From NCBI GenBank assembly GCA_032128115.1, contig JAQBHB010000070.1:1-15164 (forward strand): a stretch of DNA of 15,164 nt, in the 5' to 3' direction. Origin of the DNA: Deltaproteobacteria bacterium (GTDB lineage Bacteria > Myxococcota_A > UBA9160 > SMWR01). The notes below the pieces were generated by a model. The model saw only the letters and a program-made list of their open reading frames with translations. It had not been told where the DNA came from and did not search any database. The translations under genes and the position numbers were made by a program. Below, one piece after another: positions 1 to 8,101 of the stretch (within the stretch, counting starts at the first letter, position 1; each line of letters opens with the position of its first letter).

Positions 1-5
1 TCTGA

Positions 6-39
6 TGCCATATGGCAGTACAATTATCGCCATATGGCA
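6..39 (+). promoter_or_regulatory. Probable autoregulated toxin-antitoxin promoter: two palindromic operators flanking a -10 box
   Basis: TGCCATATGGCA (6-17, perfect palindrome) and GCCATATGGC (29-38) are 22 bp apart and flank TACAAT (19-24). The second copy contains the ATG at 34. Confidence 0.7.
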
Positions 40-441
40 ATGACCGCGACGGCCGGGCTGACCGGCACCGTGGCCGACCTCTTCGGCGGCCGCAAGGTTC
101 TCAGGCGCGACATCAGCGAGCCCTCGGAGATGCTCGAGGCGGTGCGGAAGGGGCTTCCCTACGGCGCCTTCGAGGCGCTCCGCCAGGCCGTCTCCCTGCA
201 GGCCGCGCGGGTCGCGGAGCTCATTGGCATCCCGCCGCGCACGCTGGCCCGCCGGAAGGAGTCCCGCCACCTGACCGCCTCCGAATCGGACCGGCTCTAC
301 TGCATCGCCCGCGTGGTGGGTATGGCCCAGGAGATCCTCGGCTCGCTCGAGAGCGCGGGGGAGTGGCTGCGGCGGAAGAACCGCTCCCTTGGCGGCGCCG
401 CCCCCGTGGACCCCGCACTCCCGATGAGCGTCGACGCCTGA
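34..441 (+). pseudogene. Xre/MbcA/ParS-type (RES-Xre system) antitoxin, C-terminally truncated
   Basis: Family-like segments VRKGLPY, LIGIPPRTLARRK, LTASESDRLYCIARV and A.EWLRRKNRSLGGAAPVD. The usual final helix (LLDT..G...V..L..I..G) is replaced by an unrelated PALPMSVDA* after about nt 411. The start may be 34 or 40. Confidence 0.75.
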
Positions 442-1109
442 GCGAGGCGCTGGTGGCGACCCTGGTGAAGCTCCATCGGGTCGATCCCGGGTCCGTGGGG
501 CTTTCCGACTTCGGTCGGCCGGAGGGCTATCTCGAGCGGCAGGTACGTCGCTGGTCCCAGCAGTGGGAGCGATCCGCCAGCGAGCCGCTTCCCGCCATCG
601 ACGAGCTGATCCGTCGCCTGCGCCGCGCGTTGCCCGAGCGCAGCGACGCCTGCATCGTGCACGGCGACTACCGTCTGGGAAATCTGGCGCTCGACCCGGC
701 CGATCCGGGGCGGGTGGTGGCGATCTTCGACTGGGAGATGGCAACCCTTGGCGACCCCCTGGCCGACCTGGGATACACGCTCATCTACTGGGGCGAGGTG
801 GGCGACCCGGTGTCCACGGACGCTGTCTTTCCCCAGGTAGCGCTCACGGCGCACGAGGGCTTCTTCACCCGAGCCGAGCTGGTGGAGGCCTACGCGAAAC
901 GGAGCGGCCGCGACGTTGCGGGCATCGATTTCTACCGGGTGCTCGCGCTCTACAAGGGCGCCGTAATCGCCGAGGGCATCTACGCGCGCTTCCTGCAGGG
1001 CAAGACGGTAGGCGCGGGTTTCGAGGCCTTCACACGCCGCAGCGGCGACCTGGCCCGGGCGGCACTGGCCATCGCCGACGCCTCTCCCCTCGAGGCGCTC
1101 CGCGGCTGA
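414..1109 (+). pseudogene. Aminoglycoside phosphotransferase (APH)/choline-kinase-like family protein, N-lobe missing
   Basis: LxxLHxVD, GLSDFGRPEGYLERQVRRW, Brenner motif HGDYRLGNL, FDWEMATLGDPLADLGY. Upstream of about nt 414 the frame (ORF 12..1109) is only a shadow of the antitoxin, with no GGxSN loop, VLRRPP or PFYVME motifs. Confidence 0.8.
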
Positions 1110-1117
1110 GGGCCCTG

Positions 1118-1582
1118 TTAGCGGCCGATGCGGCCGGCGCGGCTCAGGCGCGGGCCCCAGTACGCGTGGTCGAAACCCACCTGCTCGACGCGCTTTCCAC
1201 TGGAGGGGGCGTGCACGAAGCTGCCGTCGTCCACGACGATCCCCACGTGAACACTCTTGGCGCCGTCCAATCGGAAGAAGAGAAGGTCGCCCGGACGCAG
1301 GTCGTTCACGTCGATGGTGCGCGCGCGCTTCTCCAGCATCCGGGCCGAGTGGGGCAGGCCGGAGACGCCTGCCTGGGCGTAGCTGTACACCACGAGTCCG
1401 CTGCAATCGAAGCCGCGCGGCGTGCTCCCGCCGTAGCGATAGGGGGCGCCGATCATGGCGTGTGCGTAGCGCGCTGCTCGGTCGCGATTGCCGTGCCCGG
1501 CGGGCGCAGACGAGTCCCGGGTGGTTGCGCAGCCGGCGGAAAGTCCCAGGCACAAGGTGCTGATGAGGAAGACGCAACGCAC
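1118..1582 (-). CDS. NlpC/P60 (peptidase C40) lipoprotein, probable peptidoglycan endopeptidase
   Basis: Lipobox LSAGC; GAPYRYGG, GFDCSGL (catalytic Cys), PGDLLFF, HVGI (His), FVHAPSSG. Confidence 0.93.
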   Translation of the reverse strand: MRCVFLISTLCLGLSAGCATTRDSSAPAGHGNRDRAARYAHAMIGAPYRYGGSTPRGFDCSGLVVYSYAQAGVSGLPHSARMLEKRARTIDVNDLRPGDLLFFRLDGAKSVHVGIVVDDGSFVHAPSSGKRVEQVGFDHAYWGPRLSRAGRIGR

Positions 1583-1658
1583 GCGGAGTCCAACCGGTGA
1601 AAGGGGCGGTCTGTCTTCTCATCGGCTCGTGGGCCGCCGAACCGGAGGGATCCGGGCC

Positions 1659-3407
1659 TCAGGGCCGCGATTGGATCGTGATCGCCATCACCGAGCCGAA
1701 CGGATCGAGAAGGGTGTCGTGGCCACGCCGCGGAAAGCGTCGCCGGGCCTCATCGCGCAGCTCCGGGCGCATCACCACCACCACGCGAACTCCCGAGTCG
1801 AGCGTCTGCTCGGCTCGTTCCCAGCTCCCGGTGAAGTCCATGAAGACCCGGGGCGAAGCCCCCGATTCGAGGCGCTCTCGCAACAGCAGGAGTTCCAGCT
1901 CGAGTGGCGCCGTTCGCAGCTGCGACTCCAGGTAGATGCGCTCGTCTCGTGCGTTCGCTTGTGCCACACGTTCTCGGATCAGGCGCGCCGCCACGCCCTC
2001 GCGTGCCGAACCCCAGGCTTCGGGCACACCGGGTCGCAGCTGAAAGTAGCCGTGGACGGTACCGGCGGTGCTGAGCCCCAGCAGGAGGATTACGCCCACC
2101 CACAGAGCGCGCGGCGGGAACCGCCCCCGCGTGCGGCCCCACAGGGCGGCCGCTCCCCGGCCGGCCAGCACGCAGCACACTGGCGCCAAGAAGCCCGTGC
2201 GATAGGCGTGGGGACTCTCGGCAGGATGGCTCGAGAGGACACCGGCCGTCAGGCCCGCAGCCAGCCATACGAGACACAACTGGGATTGGAGACACAACTG
2301 GGATTGCGCACGGCGGAAGTCGCGGATCGCGAGCAGTGCGCCCACCGCAAACAGGACGCCCGTTGCGACATCCAGCATGGGCTCGCCCGACAGGTTGTGT
2401 CTCGGGTTGGGGTCGCCCACCCCGTGGAACATCCACAGGTGGCGGCCCAGGTTGCTTCCCAGCAGGGTCACGACGCCAAGTAGCCCGTCGCCCTGGCCGG
2501 CGATGGCCGCCAGCTCTCGCACGCGCACCCCCGGGAGCTCGGGGGCGAGCGCCCATCTTGCGAAGAGGGGCAGGGCGGCGACCGCGGTGCCCGCCAGGAA
2601 TCCCAGCAGTTGGCGGTCTGCGCCGCGCGTCCGGGTCTGCAACGCGCGCAGCAGCAGCAACCCCAACGCGGCGAATAGCGCCACCTGCGCGGCCGCGTAG
2701 GTGTAGAGGGCCAGCCCAGCCACGATGCCGCCGTGAAGCGCGTCTCGTGGCCGTCCATCGAGCATGCCCCGGTATACGAAGTGGAAGCTCACCACGCACA
2801 GGGTGGTGGCGAGCACCTCGTCCCATCCCCAGCGGCTGAGGGTGGTGTGCCACGCCGAGGCGGCGAGCAGCCCCGCCGCCAGGCACGCGAAGGGCCTCTC
2901 GAGCATGGACCGCGCCAACACGTAGAGGGCAGGCACGGCCAGAATGCCGGGGATCACCGAGATCAGCTTGACTCCCAGCACGCCCGCGCCCGCGAAGACC
3001 GAACACGCGTACAGGTACAGGTTCGACGTGTGGACCCAATCGGGGCGCTCGGCGAACAGCGGCGTCGCCCCGAAAGGCAGGAAGCCATCCGATTCGGTGA
3101 GGGCGATGGCGTTGAGGACGGTGGCGGCCTCGTCGATCCAGAGGCCGAACGGAATCTCGGTGATCCGGAAGCCGCGAAGCGCGGCGGCGAGGAGCGTCAC
3201 GCCAAGGAGCGGGATTGTGTCGGCCTTCGAGAGGCGGGTGGGTGCGCGTTCGCCTGGGACAGCGAGGGTTGCGGTCCACAGCGCGGCCAGCTAGCTGGCG
3301 AGAGCGCCCCAGCCGTCGCGATCCAGGATCACCGCGGCCGCGGTCAGCCCGGAGAAGACCGCGCACGCAAGCGCCGGGCCGATCCGCAGCGAGCGAGCGG
3401 GCGCCAT
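1659..3407 (-). pseudogene. GT39/ArnT/PMT-like integral membrane glycosyltransferase, interrupted by an in-frame TAG at 3291-3293 (downstream ORF 1659..3200 is open)
   Basis: Many TM segments, GLWIDEA motif, SAWHTTLSR, GLALYTYAA, GDPNPRHNL. The ATG at 3407 is in frame and encodes a hydrophobic N-terminus that continues across a single TAG. A GTG start at 3200 is the alternative. Confidence 0.65.
2271..2306. repeat. Perfect 18-bp tandem duplication inside the glycosyltransferase gene
   Basis: GAGACACAACTGGGATTG x2, giving QSQLCL-QSQLCL in the protein. Confidence 0.95.
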
Positions 3408-3416
3408 GCTGCGCGC

Positions 3417-3422
3417 AGGTTA
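3417..3422 (-). promoter_or_regulatory. Putative -10 box of the glycosyltransferase gene
   Basis: TAACCT on the minus strand, 9 nt upstream of the ATG at 3407; no SD sequence. Confidence 0.35.
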
Positions 3423-3462
3423 CACCGCCGTGGCTGACCCGCAGGCCGCCACCGGGGCTGGG

Positions 3463-4611
3463 TCAGGCCGAGCGGCGGAATGGCCCCTCGATCTCGTAGG
3501 TGATGCCGTTGCCTCCCGAGATGGCGCGCTGGGAGCTGAAGTAGAGGCGGCGGCCCAGGGGATCGAAGGCGGGTCCCGTGAGCTCCGTGCTTGACTGGCC
3601 CGTCACCCGCACCAGGGGAGAAGCCACGCAGTCGGGGGTGAGCAGCACCAGCTCCAGGTTGCCCGGGTCTTCGGCCACCACCAGGTCGCCGGAGCGCGAC
3701 GCAGTGATGTTGTCCACGTTGCTGAGCTGGACTCCCGGGTCGAGCGAATCGTCGTAGAAGATGCCGACGGTCTCCGTGGCCGGGTGGTAGTCCCAGACCC
3801 GACCGTCGCCCTTGGTGGTGAAGTAGATGTGGCCTTCGCTGCAGCAGATGCCTTCGCCGCCGTTGAAGGTCTCGGCACCCGCCACCTGTTGCCGTGTGGG
3901 GATCGGACTTCCGTCCGGGTCCGGCACCGTGGCCCAGCTGACGTTCCCACCCGAAACCAGTGCGGCTTCCAACAACCCAGCGCTCAGGTCACCCCAGACA
4001 CTGGGCGTGAAGCGGTAGAGCAGACCCGAGACGCTGTCCTCCGTGAGGTACAGGCGCCGCGCCGCCAGGTCCACGGCGACCGCCTCGTGGTTGAAGCGGC
4101 CCAGGGCGGGCCGCGAAATCTTTGCGGTCAGTCCCAGCGGGTCGCACTCGTAGACGAGACCGTTCGCGACTTCCTCGCAGCTGAGCCAGCTGCCCCAGGG
4201 TGTGGCGCCTCCGGCGCAGTTGCGATTCGTGCCGGAGCAGATGGAGTAGGCGTTCACGATTCGCCCCCGGTGATCGAATCGGAGCGCGCCGACGCCTCCA
4301 TTGCCGTTGGGGAGTTCGCTGTTCGAGACGTAGATGTGACCGCTGGGGATCCGGAAGACGGCGCCGCCATCGGCCGCCCGGTGCCAGGTGTGGCTCGTAC
4401 CGGCAACCACCTGATTGCCCTGGGCGACGATGCGCGATCGGAAGCCCGCCGGGAGCATCAACCCGTTGGCGTCGGCAGCCTCGAGTGGGCCGTAGGGGCT
4501 CGGTCCGGATGCCCCCGGGGCGGCGTGCGCGGCGCGGGCCCACAGCGACGAGTTCGCGACGGCGCTCACCGCGGCACTGGCGGCCAGTCGCAGGAAGTCG
4601 CGCCGCCTCAC
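3463..4611 (-). CDS. phoX: PhoX-family (DUF839) alkaline phosphatase, Tat-exported
   Basis: Twin-arginine leader MRRRDFLRLAA; NSE, NCAGGATPWGSWLSCEE, GRFNHEAV, YLTED, GEG, DNIT, AED and ELTGP motifs. Confidence 0.88.
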   Translation of the reverse strand: MRRRDFLRLAASAAVSAVANSSLWARAAHAAPGASGPSPYGPLEAADANGLMLPAGFRSRIVAQGNQVVAGTSHTWHRAADGGAVFRIPSGHIYVSNSELPNGNGGVGALRFDHRGRIVNAYSICSGTNRNCAGGATPWGSWLSCEEVANGLVYECDPLGLTAKISRPALGRFNHEAVAVDLAARRLYLTEDSVSGLLYRFTPSVWGDLSAGLLEAALVSGGNVSWATVPDPDGSPIPTRQQVAGAETFNGGEGICCSEGHIYFTTKGDGRVWDYHPATETVGIFYDDSLDPGVQLSNVDNITASRSGDLVVAEDPGNLELVLLTPDCVASPLVRVTGQSSTELTGPAFDPLGRRLYFSSQRAISGGNGITYEIEGPFRRSA

Positions 4612-5390
4612 GGGGCCAGCTCGAAGCGGTTGGCGCGTCGCCGCAGCCGGTAGAGGCCGGCGAGCGCTGCGACTGCGCAGGCGAGCGCAGCGTTCTGCGA
4701 CGGCTCCGGCAGCACCAGCATCACCTCATAGGAGGCGTCGGCCGATTGGGCGCTTCCCCAGAGGTCCTCCAGCGAATAGGCCAGGGCGAACGCCGTGAGC
4801 CGGTACTCGTGGCCCGCCACCAGCATGCCCGCGTCGTCGATTGCGAATTGGATCCCGACAGGGGCCTCGTAGGTGGCGAGCACCGTCGCCGTGTCCAGGT
4901 CGACGAACTCGACGCTGGCGAAGGCATGGGCGTCCACGGCCGCAGCTTCGATGCTCCCCTGGAGCGTGAACGACTCCGAAGCGGTCGCTTCGAAGATCAC
5001 TTCGAAGAATGAGTCCGCCGGGGCCTCGGCCCGGGTGCCCGCCAGGGGGGTGTCTGCCCCTGTGCTGGCGGCGCCAACGGCCTCGATCAGCGAGCCGTCG
5101 AGATCCGAGTCCAGATTGGCGGCCGCGTCGGCGGCTGCGCCCGCCGTGAGACCGGTGCTCTGGACATCACCGACAAACGGAGTGGTATCGACCGCTTCGT
5201 CGGAGGCGATTTCCTCGTCGAACGCTGCCGCCTCGGCGGCGCTTGCACGGGAGAAGACTCCCCGATCCTGTTCCAACAGCAGTGCCGGGGTTGCGTGGCT
5301 GCCGGGCGCGGTCGCGAAGGTCGCCACCGCCGAGACGAGCAGCAGGCGCGATCCGAACTCGCGCCATCGCCAGCGACGAACTCGTCGCAT
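4608..5390 (-). CDS. PEP-CTERM sorting-domain exoprotein (260 aa)
   Basis: Signal peptide (MRRVRRWR...LLLVSAVATFATAPGSHA), acidic Ala/Ser/Asp-rich body, and C-terminal VLPEPS + hydrophobic helix + RLRRR. The stop overlaps the phoX start (GTGA). Start chosen at ATG 5390 within ORF 4608..5888. Confidence 0.8.
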   Translation of the reverse strand: MRRVRRWRWREFGSRLLLVSAVATFATAPGSHATPALLLEQDRGVFSRASAAEAAAFDEEIASDEAVDTTPFVGDVQSTGLTAGAAADAAANLDSDLDGSLIEAVGAASTGADTPLAGTRAEAPADSFFEVIFEATASESFTLQGSIEAAAVDAHAFASVEFVDLDTATVLATYEAPVGIQFAIDDAGMLVAGHEYRLTAFALAYSLEDLWGSAQSADASYEVMLVLPEPSQNAALACAVAALAGLYRLRRRANRFELAP

Positions 5391-5515
5391 TGCGGCTGCG
5401 CATGTTGGAGGCGACGAAGTAGACGTTCGGTGTCTGCACGGGCCGGCCGGACCCGATGGGATTGTCCTGGATCGGGAAGGCGGCATCCCGGGCCAGGCCT
5501 CTCCGGGCACCCGGA

Positions 5516-6319
5516 TCACTCCGGATCGCGGAAGGCGGGTTCGCGCCTCTCCAGGTTGGCCTTCACCGCCTCGATCTGGTTGGGGTGGCCGATCAGCGAA
5601 CGCTGGAGCTTGGCCTCGAGAGCCAGCCCCTCTTCGACCCCGATCAGACCCGACGCCTCCAGCAGCCGCTTTCCGGCGCGAATCGCCTCGGGCGAGCGGC
5701 CCGCGATCTGGTGCGCCAGCTCCAGTGCGTCGGCGCGGGGGTCGGCGCACACCCGGGTGGCCAGACCGAGTTCCACGGCTTCGCTGCCCTCGACGATGCG
5801 GCCGGTGAAGGTGAGTTCCTTCGCCACGTCCAGGCGCACCAGCCTTCGCAGGGTCTGGGTTCCCGACATGTCCGGGATCAGGCCCCACTTGATCTCCATC
5901 ACCGACAGGCGCGCGTCGGGGGTGACCAGACGCAAGTCGGCGCCCAGGGCGATCTGGAGGCCGCCTCCGAAGGCCACACCGTGAATCGCGGCGATCACGG
6001 GAACCGGGAGTTCGCGCCAGATCCAGGCCGCTCGTTGCGCCAGGGTCGCGGGGCTCTCGTCGCTTCGATCCAGCAGGTTCGAACCGCCCGGGCCCGGCTT
6101 CGTCATGGCGGAGAAGCTCGATACGTCGAGCCCGGCGCAGAAGGCGCGCCCCTCGCCCGAGAGCACCACGGCCCGCAGTGACGGATCCGCCGCCAGCGAA
6201 CGACCGGTCTCGACGATCGCCTGGAACATGGCCAGGTCCAGGGCATTGAGCTTGTCGGCGCGGGCCAGTCGCACGTCGGCGACGCCGGCATCGAGGGAGA
6301 CGCGGATGCGGTCTGACAT
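5516..6319 (-). CDS. Enoyl-CoA hydratase/isomerase (crotonase) family protein
   Basis: DKLNALD, AFCAGLD, PVIAAIHGVAFGGGLQIALGADLR, EIKWGLIPDMSG; GGAG SD upstream. Confidence 0.95.
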   Translation of the reverse strand: MSDRIRVSLDAGVADVRLARADKLNALDLAMFQAIVETGRSLAADPSLRAVVLSGEGRAFCAGLDVSSFSAMTKPGPGGSNLLDRSDESPATLAQRAAWIWRELPVPVIAAIHGVAFGGGLQIALGADLRLVTPDARLSVMEIKWGLIPDMSGTQTLRRLVRLDVAKELTFTGRIVEGSEAVELGLATRVCADPRADALELAHQIAGRSPEAIRAGKRLLEASGLIGVEEGLALEAKLQRSLIGHPNQIEAVKANLERREPAFRDPE

Positions 6320-6349
6320 GGGAACTCCGGTGGAGGGCGGCTGTTCCCG

Positions 6350-6355
6350 ATCATA
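6350..6355 (-). promoter_or_regulatory. Putative -10 box of the crotonase gene
   Basis: TATGAT on the minus strand, 30 nt upstream of the ATG at 6319. Confidence 0.45.
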
Positions 6356-6356
6356 C

Positions 6357-6387
6357 CGCCTGGGGACGGGGACGCCTGGGGACGGGG
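6357..6387. repeat. 15-bp direct repeat overlapping the left arm of the inverted-repeat element
   Basis: CGCCTGGGGACGGGG at 6357-6371 and 6373-6387. Confidence 0.9.
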
Positions 6388-6462
6388 TTGACTATTGACT
6401 TTTTGGCCCCCGCGTTGCCATCGCGGTCGCCCCCCCAAAAGTCAATAGTCAACCCCGTCCCC
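6378..6462. mobile_element. Non-autonomous REP/REPIN- or MITE-like element with 26-bp perfect inverted repeats
   Basis: GGGGACGGGGTTGACTATTGACTTTT (6378-6403) and its exact reverse complement (6437-6462), with a 33-bp spacer. Intergenic, with an AT-rich core in GC-rich DNA. The repeat is certain; mobility is inferred. Confidence 0.6.
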
Positions 6463-6485
6463 GCTTGCTCGAAGCGGCTCTCGGA

Positions 6486-8087
6486 TCATTCCACGCGGAT
6501 CAAGCGCTCCGCACGGGAGACGTTTCCGAATTGATCCGTCTCGCGCACGTGGATCGTCAGCACACCGGTCGGGAGCGAGGCCGGCAGTGGCGCCACCCAC
6601 ACGTGGGGCGAGGGGAGCGGCGGCAGTGGCAGGCGGTCGGCTGCTTCGGTCTCGGCTTCGCGGGCGTAGAGGTCGACAAAGTACGGGTCCTCGCGCGCGA
6701 CCCGGGTGAGCGGGATCCAGGCACCGCCGTCGCCCACGCGCATCTCCACCGTCGAGCGTTCGGAACCCGCGAACACGTTCACGAGCACCTCGGCCTCCGC
6801 GGCATCCACCGCCGCCACCGACTCCGGCGCCCAGATGTGCATCTGGTGATCTTCCGGCCGCCGTGCCGCCTTGAAGCGCACCTGGTAGTCGCCGTCGTCG
6901 AAGCTCAGGATCGAATAGCCGTTGGGCACCCCGTCGCGCATGGTCGCGTGGGGGATGCCCAATTCGTCGCGAGCGCCACGCCACCAGCTTCCGCAGGCCG
7001 TGGCCATCACGATCTGGTGGTGAGGCTCGACCCCGTGGTGCCCGTCTTCCGGCCCCAGGAACTGGTGATATTGAACGTGCATGTGGGCCGCCAGCGACAG
7101 CGTGTTCGGGTGGCCCGACAGGATCTCGAACAGCTGTTGGCGCTGGGGCACCTGATAGCCCTCGGGCACCTCGAAATCCACGGGGGGCGCAAGCGGGATG
7201 TGCATGAGAAGGACGACCCGATGCCGGCTCGGCACTCCCGCGAGATAATTGCGCACGAAGGCCAGTTGGTCGTCGCGCAGCCCACCCTGGTATCCACCCG
7301 GCAGGGACGCGCCGTCGTTCCACCCCTGGTAGATCACATCGTCAAGCACGATGAAGTGGACCGACGCGTACTCGAACGCGTAGGTGGCGGGGCCGTAGAC
7401 GCGTTCCCAGGTCTCGTCCGAGTCGACGTCGCCCGCGGCGCGGTAGTTCATGTCGTGGTTGCCGTGCACGTTGTACCAGGGCAAGCCGATGCGGCCGACC
7501 ACCCGATTCAGGGGCTCGAAGAGCGAGAGGTCGTCGTTGACCACATCGCCAAGCGTGATCCCGAACGCGGCATCGACACCCACCAGCTCTTCCACCACGT
7601 CGCGGGCGAGCCACTCGACCTCTTCGGGTGTGCCGGTCTGGGTGTCTCCGAAGACCACCGCGCGAAAGCGACGGGACTCGCGTTGTCTCGTGAGCGGGAA
7701 GTCGATGGACTCGGGAAGCGGTCCGGTGGCGGCCACGCCCGAGTAGCGCAGGCCCTCGGGCGAGCCCGCGGGCTTGTGGGTGTAGGCGAAGCGCGGAATC
7801 CCATCGGGCGAGACGGACGTGGCCCAGCCGCTTGGCTTGATGACGAACACGACCGCGTCGTGCGCATCCACGGGGATCTGGTAGCGGCCCTTGCGGTCGC
7901 TGCGCACCACGTCGCGCCCGTTCGAGATGGCGACTCCAGAGACGCCGCGCTCGTGAGCGTCCTTCAACCCGTTGCCGTTCTTGTCGTGGAAGACACTGCC
8001 GCGGGCCCGCAGAGTCTCTGCCGGACTCGCGTCTGCGGCGAGCACGAGCGCAAGCAGTGCAAGCGCTGAGCTGCGCGTGCGGCCCAT
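6486..8087 (-). CDS. Secreted calcineurin-like metallophosphoesterase with N- and C-terminal accessory domains
   Basis: Signal peptide from MGRTRSSALALL; G.VFHDKNGNG..D..E.GVSGVAISNG N-domain; motifs GDTQ, LGDVV.D, GNHD, MHIP, AHMH; C-terminal GSWW...DGVPNGY. Start ATG 8087 within ORF 6486..9170. Confidence 0.9.
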   Translation of the reverse strand: MGRTRSSALALLALVLAADASPAETLRARGSVFHDKNGNGLKDAHERGVSGVAISNGRDVVRSDRKGRYQIPVDAHDAVVFVIKPSGWATSVSPDGIPRFAYTHKPAGSPEGLRYSGVAATGPLPESIDFPLTRQRESRRFRAVVFGDTQTGTPEEVEWLARDVVEELVGVDAAFGITLGDVVNDDLSLFEPLNRVVGRIGLPWYNVHGNHDMNYRAAGDVDSDETWERVYGPATYAFEYASVHFIVLDDVIYQGWNDGASLPGGYQGGLRDDQLAFVRNYLAGVPSRHRVVLLMHIPLAPPVDFEVPEGYQVPQRQQLFEILSGHPNTLSLAAHMHVQYHQFLGPEDGHHGVEPHHQIVMATACGSWWRGARDELGIPHATMRDGVPNGYSILSFDDGDYQVRFKAARRPEDHQMHIWAPESVAAVDAAEAEVLVNVFAGSERSTVEMRVGDGGAWIPLTRVAREDPYFVDLYAREAETEAADRLPLPPLPSPHVWVAPLPASLPTGVLTIHVRETDQFGNVSRAERLIRVE

Positions 8088-8101
8088 GCCGGACAGTGGC
8101 C

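Noticed and set aside
12..413. N-terminal part of ORF 12..1109 as a real phosphotransferase N-terminus
   Set aside because: It is an Arg/Gly/Pro-rich shadow translation of the antitoxin frame with no kinase N-lobe motifs.
3291..3293. Pyrrolysine or amber recoding
   Set aside because: No pyl genes are in the window, TAG terminates several genes here, and the site is a TM helix where Trp is the simpler ancestral residue.
3434..3466. CTGACCC...GGGTCAG hairpin at the phoX stop as a terminator
   Set aside because: Short stem with a large irregular loop and no U-tract.
5391..5515. Sigma-54 promoter upstream of the PEP-CTERM gene
   Set aside because: No convincing TGGCAC-N5-TTGC (-24/-12) match was found by eye.
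5391..5888. 5' extension of the PEP-CTERM ORF
   Set aside because: It overlaps the crotonase in another frame; the signal peptide starts at 5390.
6388..6452. TTGACT/GTCAA repeats as a Pho box or CRISPR repeat
   Set aside because: The period is 7 bp rather than the 11 bp of Pho boxes. The long repeats are inverted, there are only two, and there are no cas genes.
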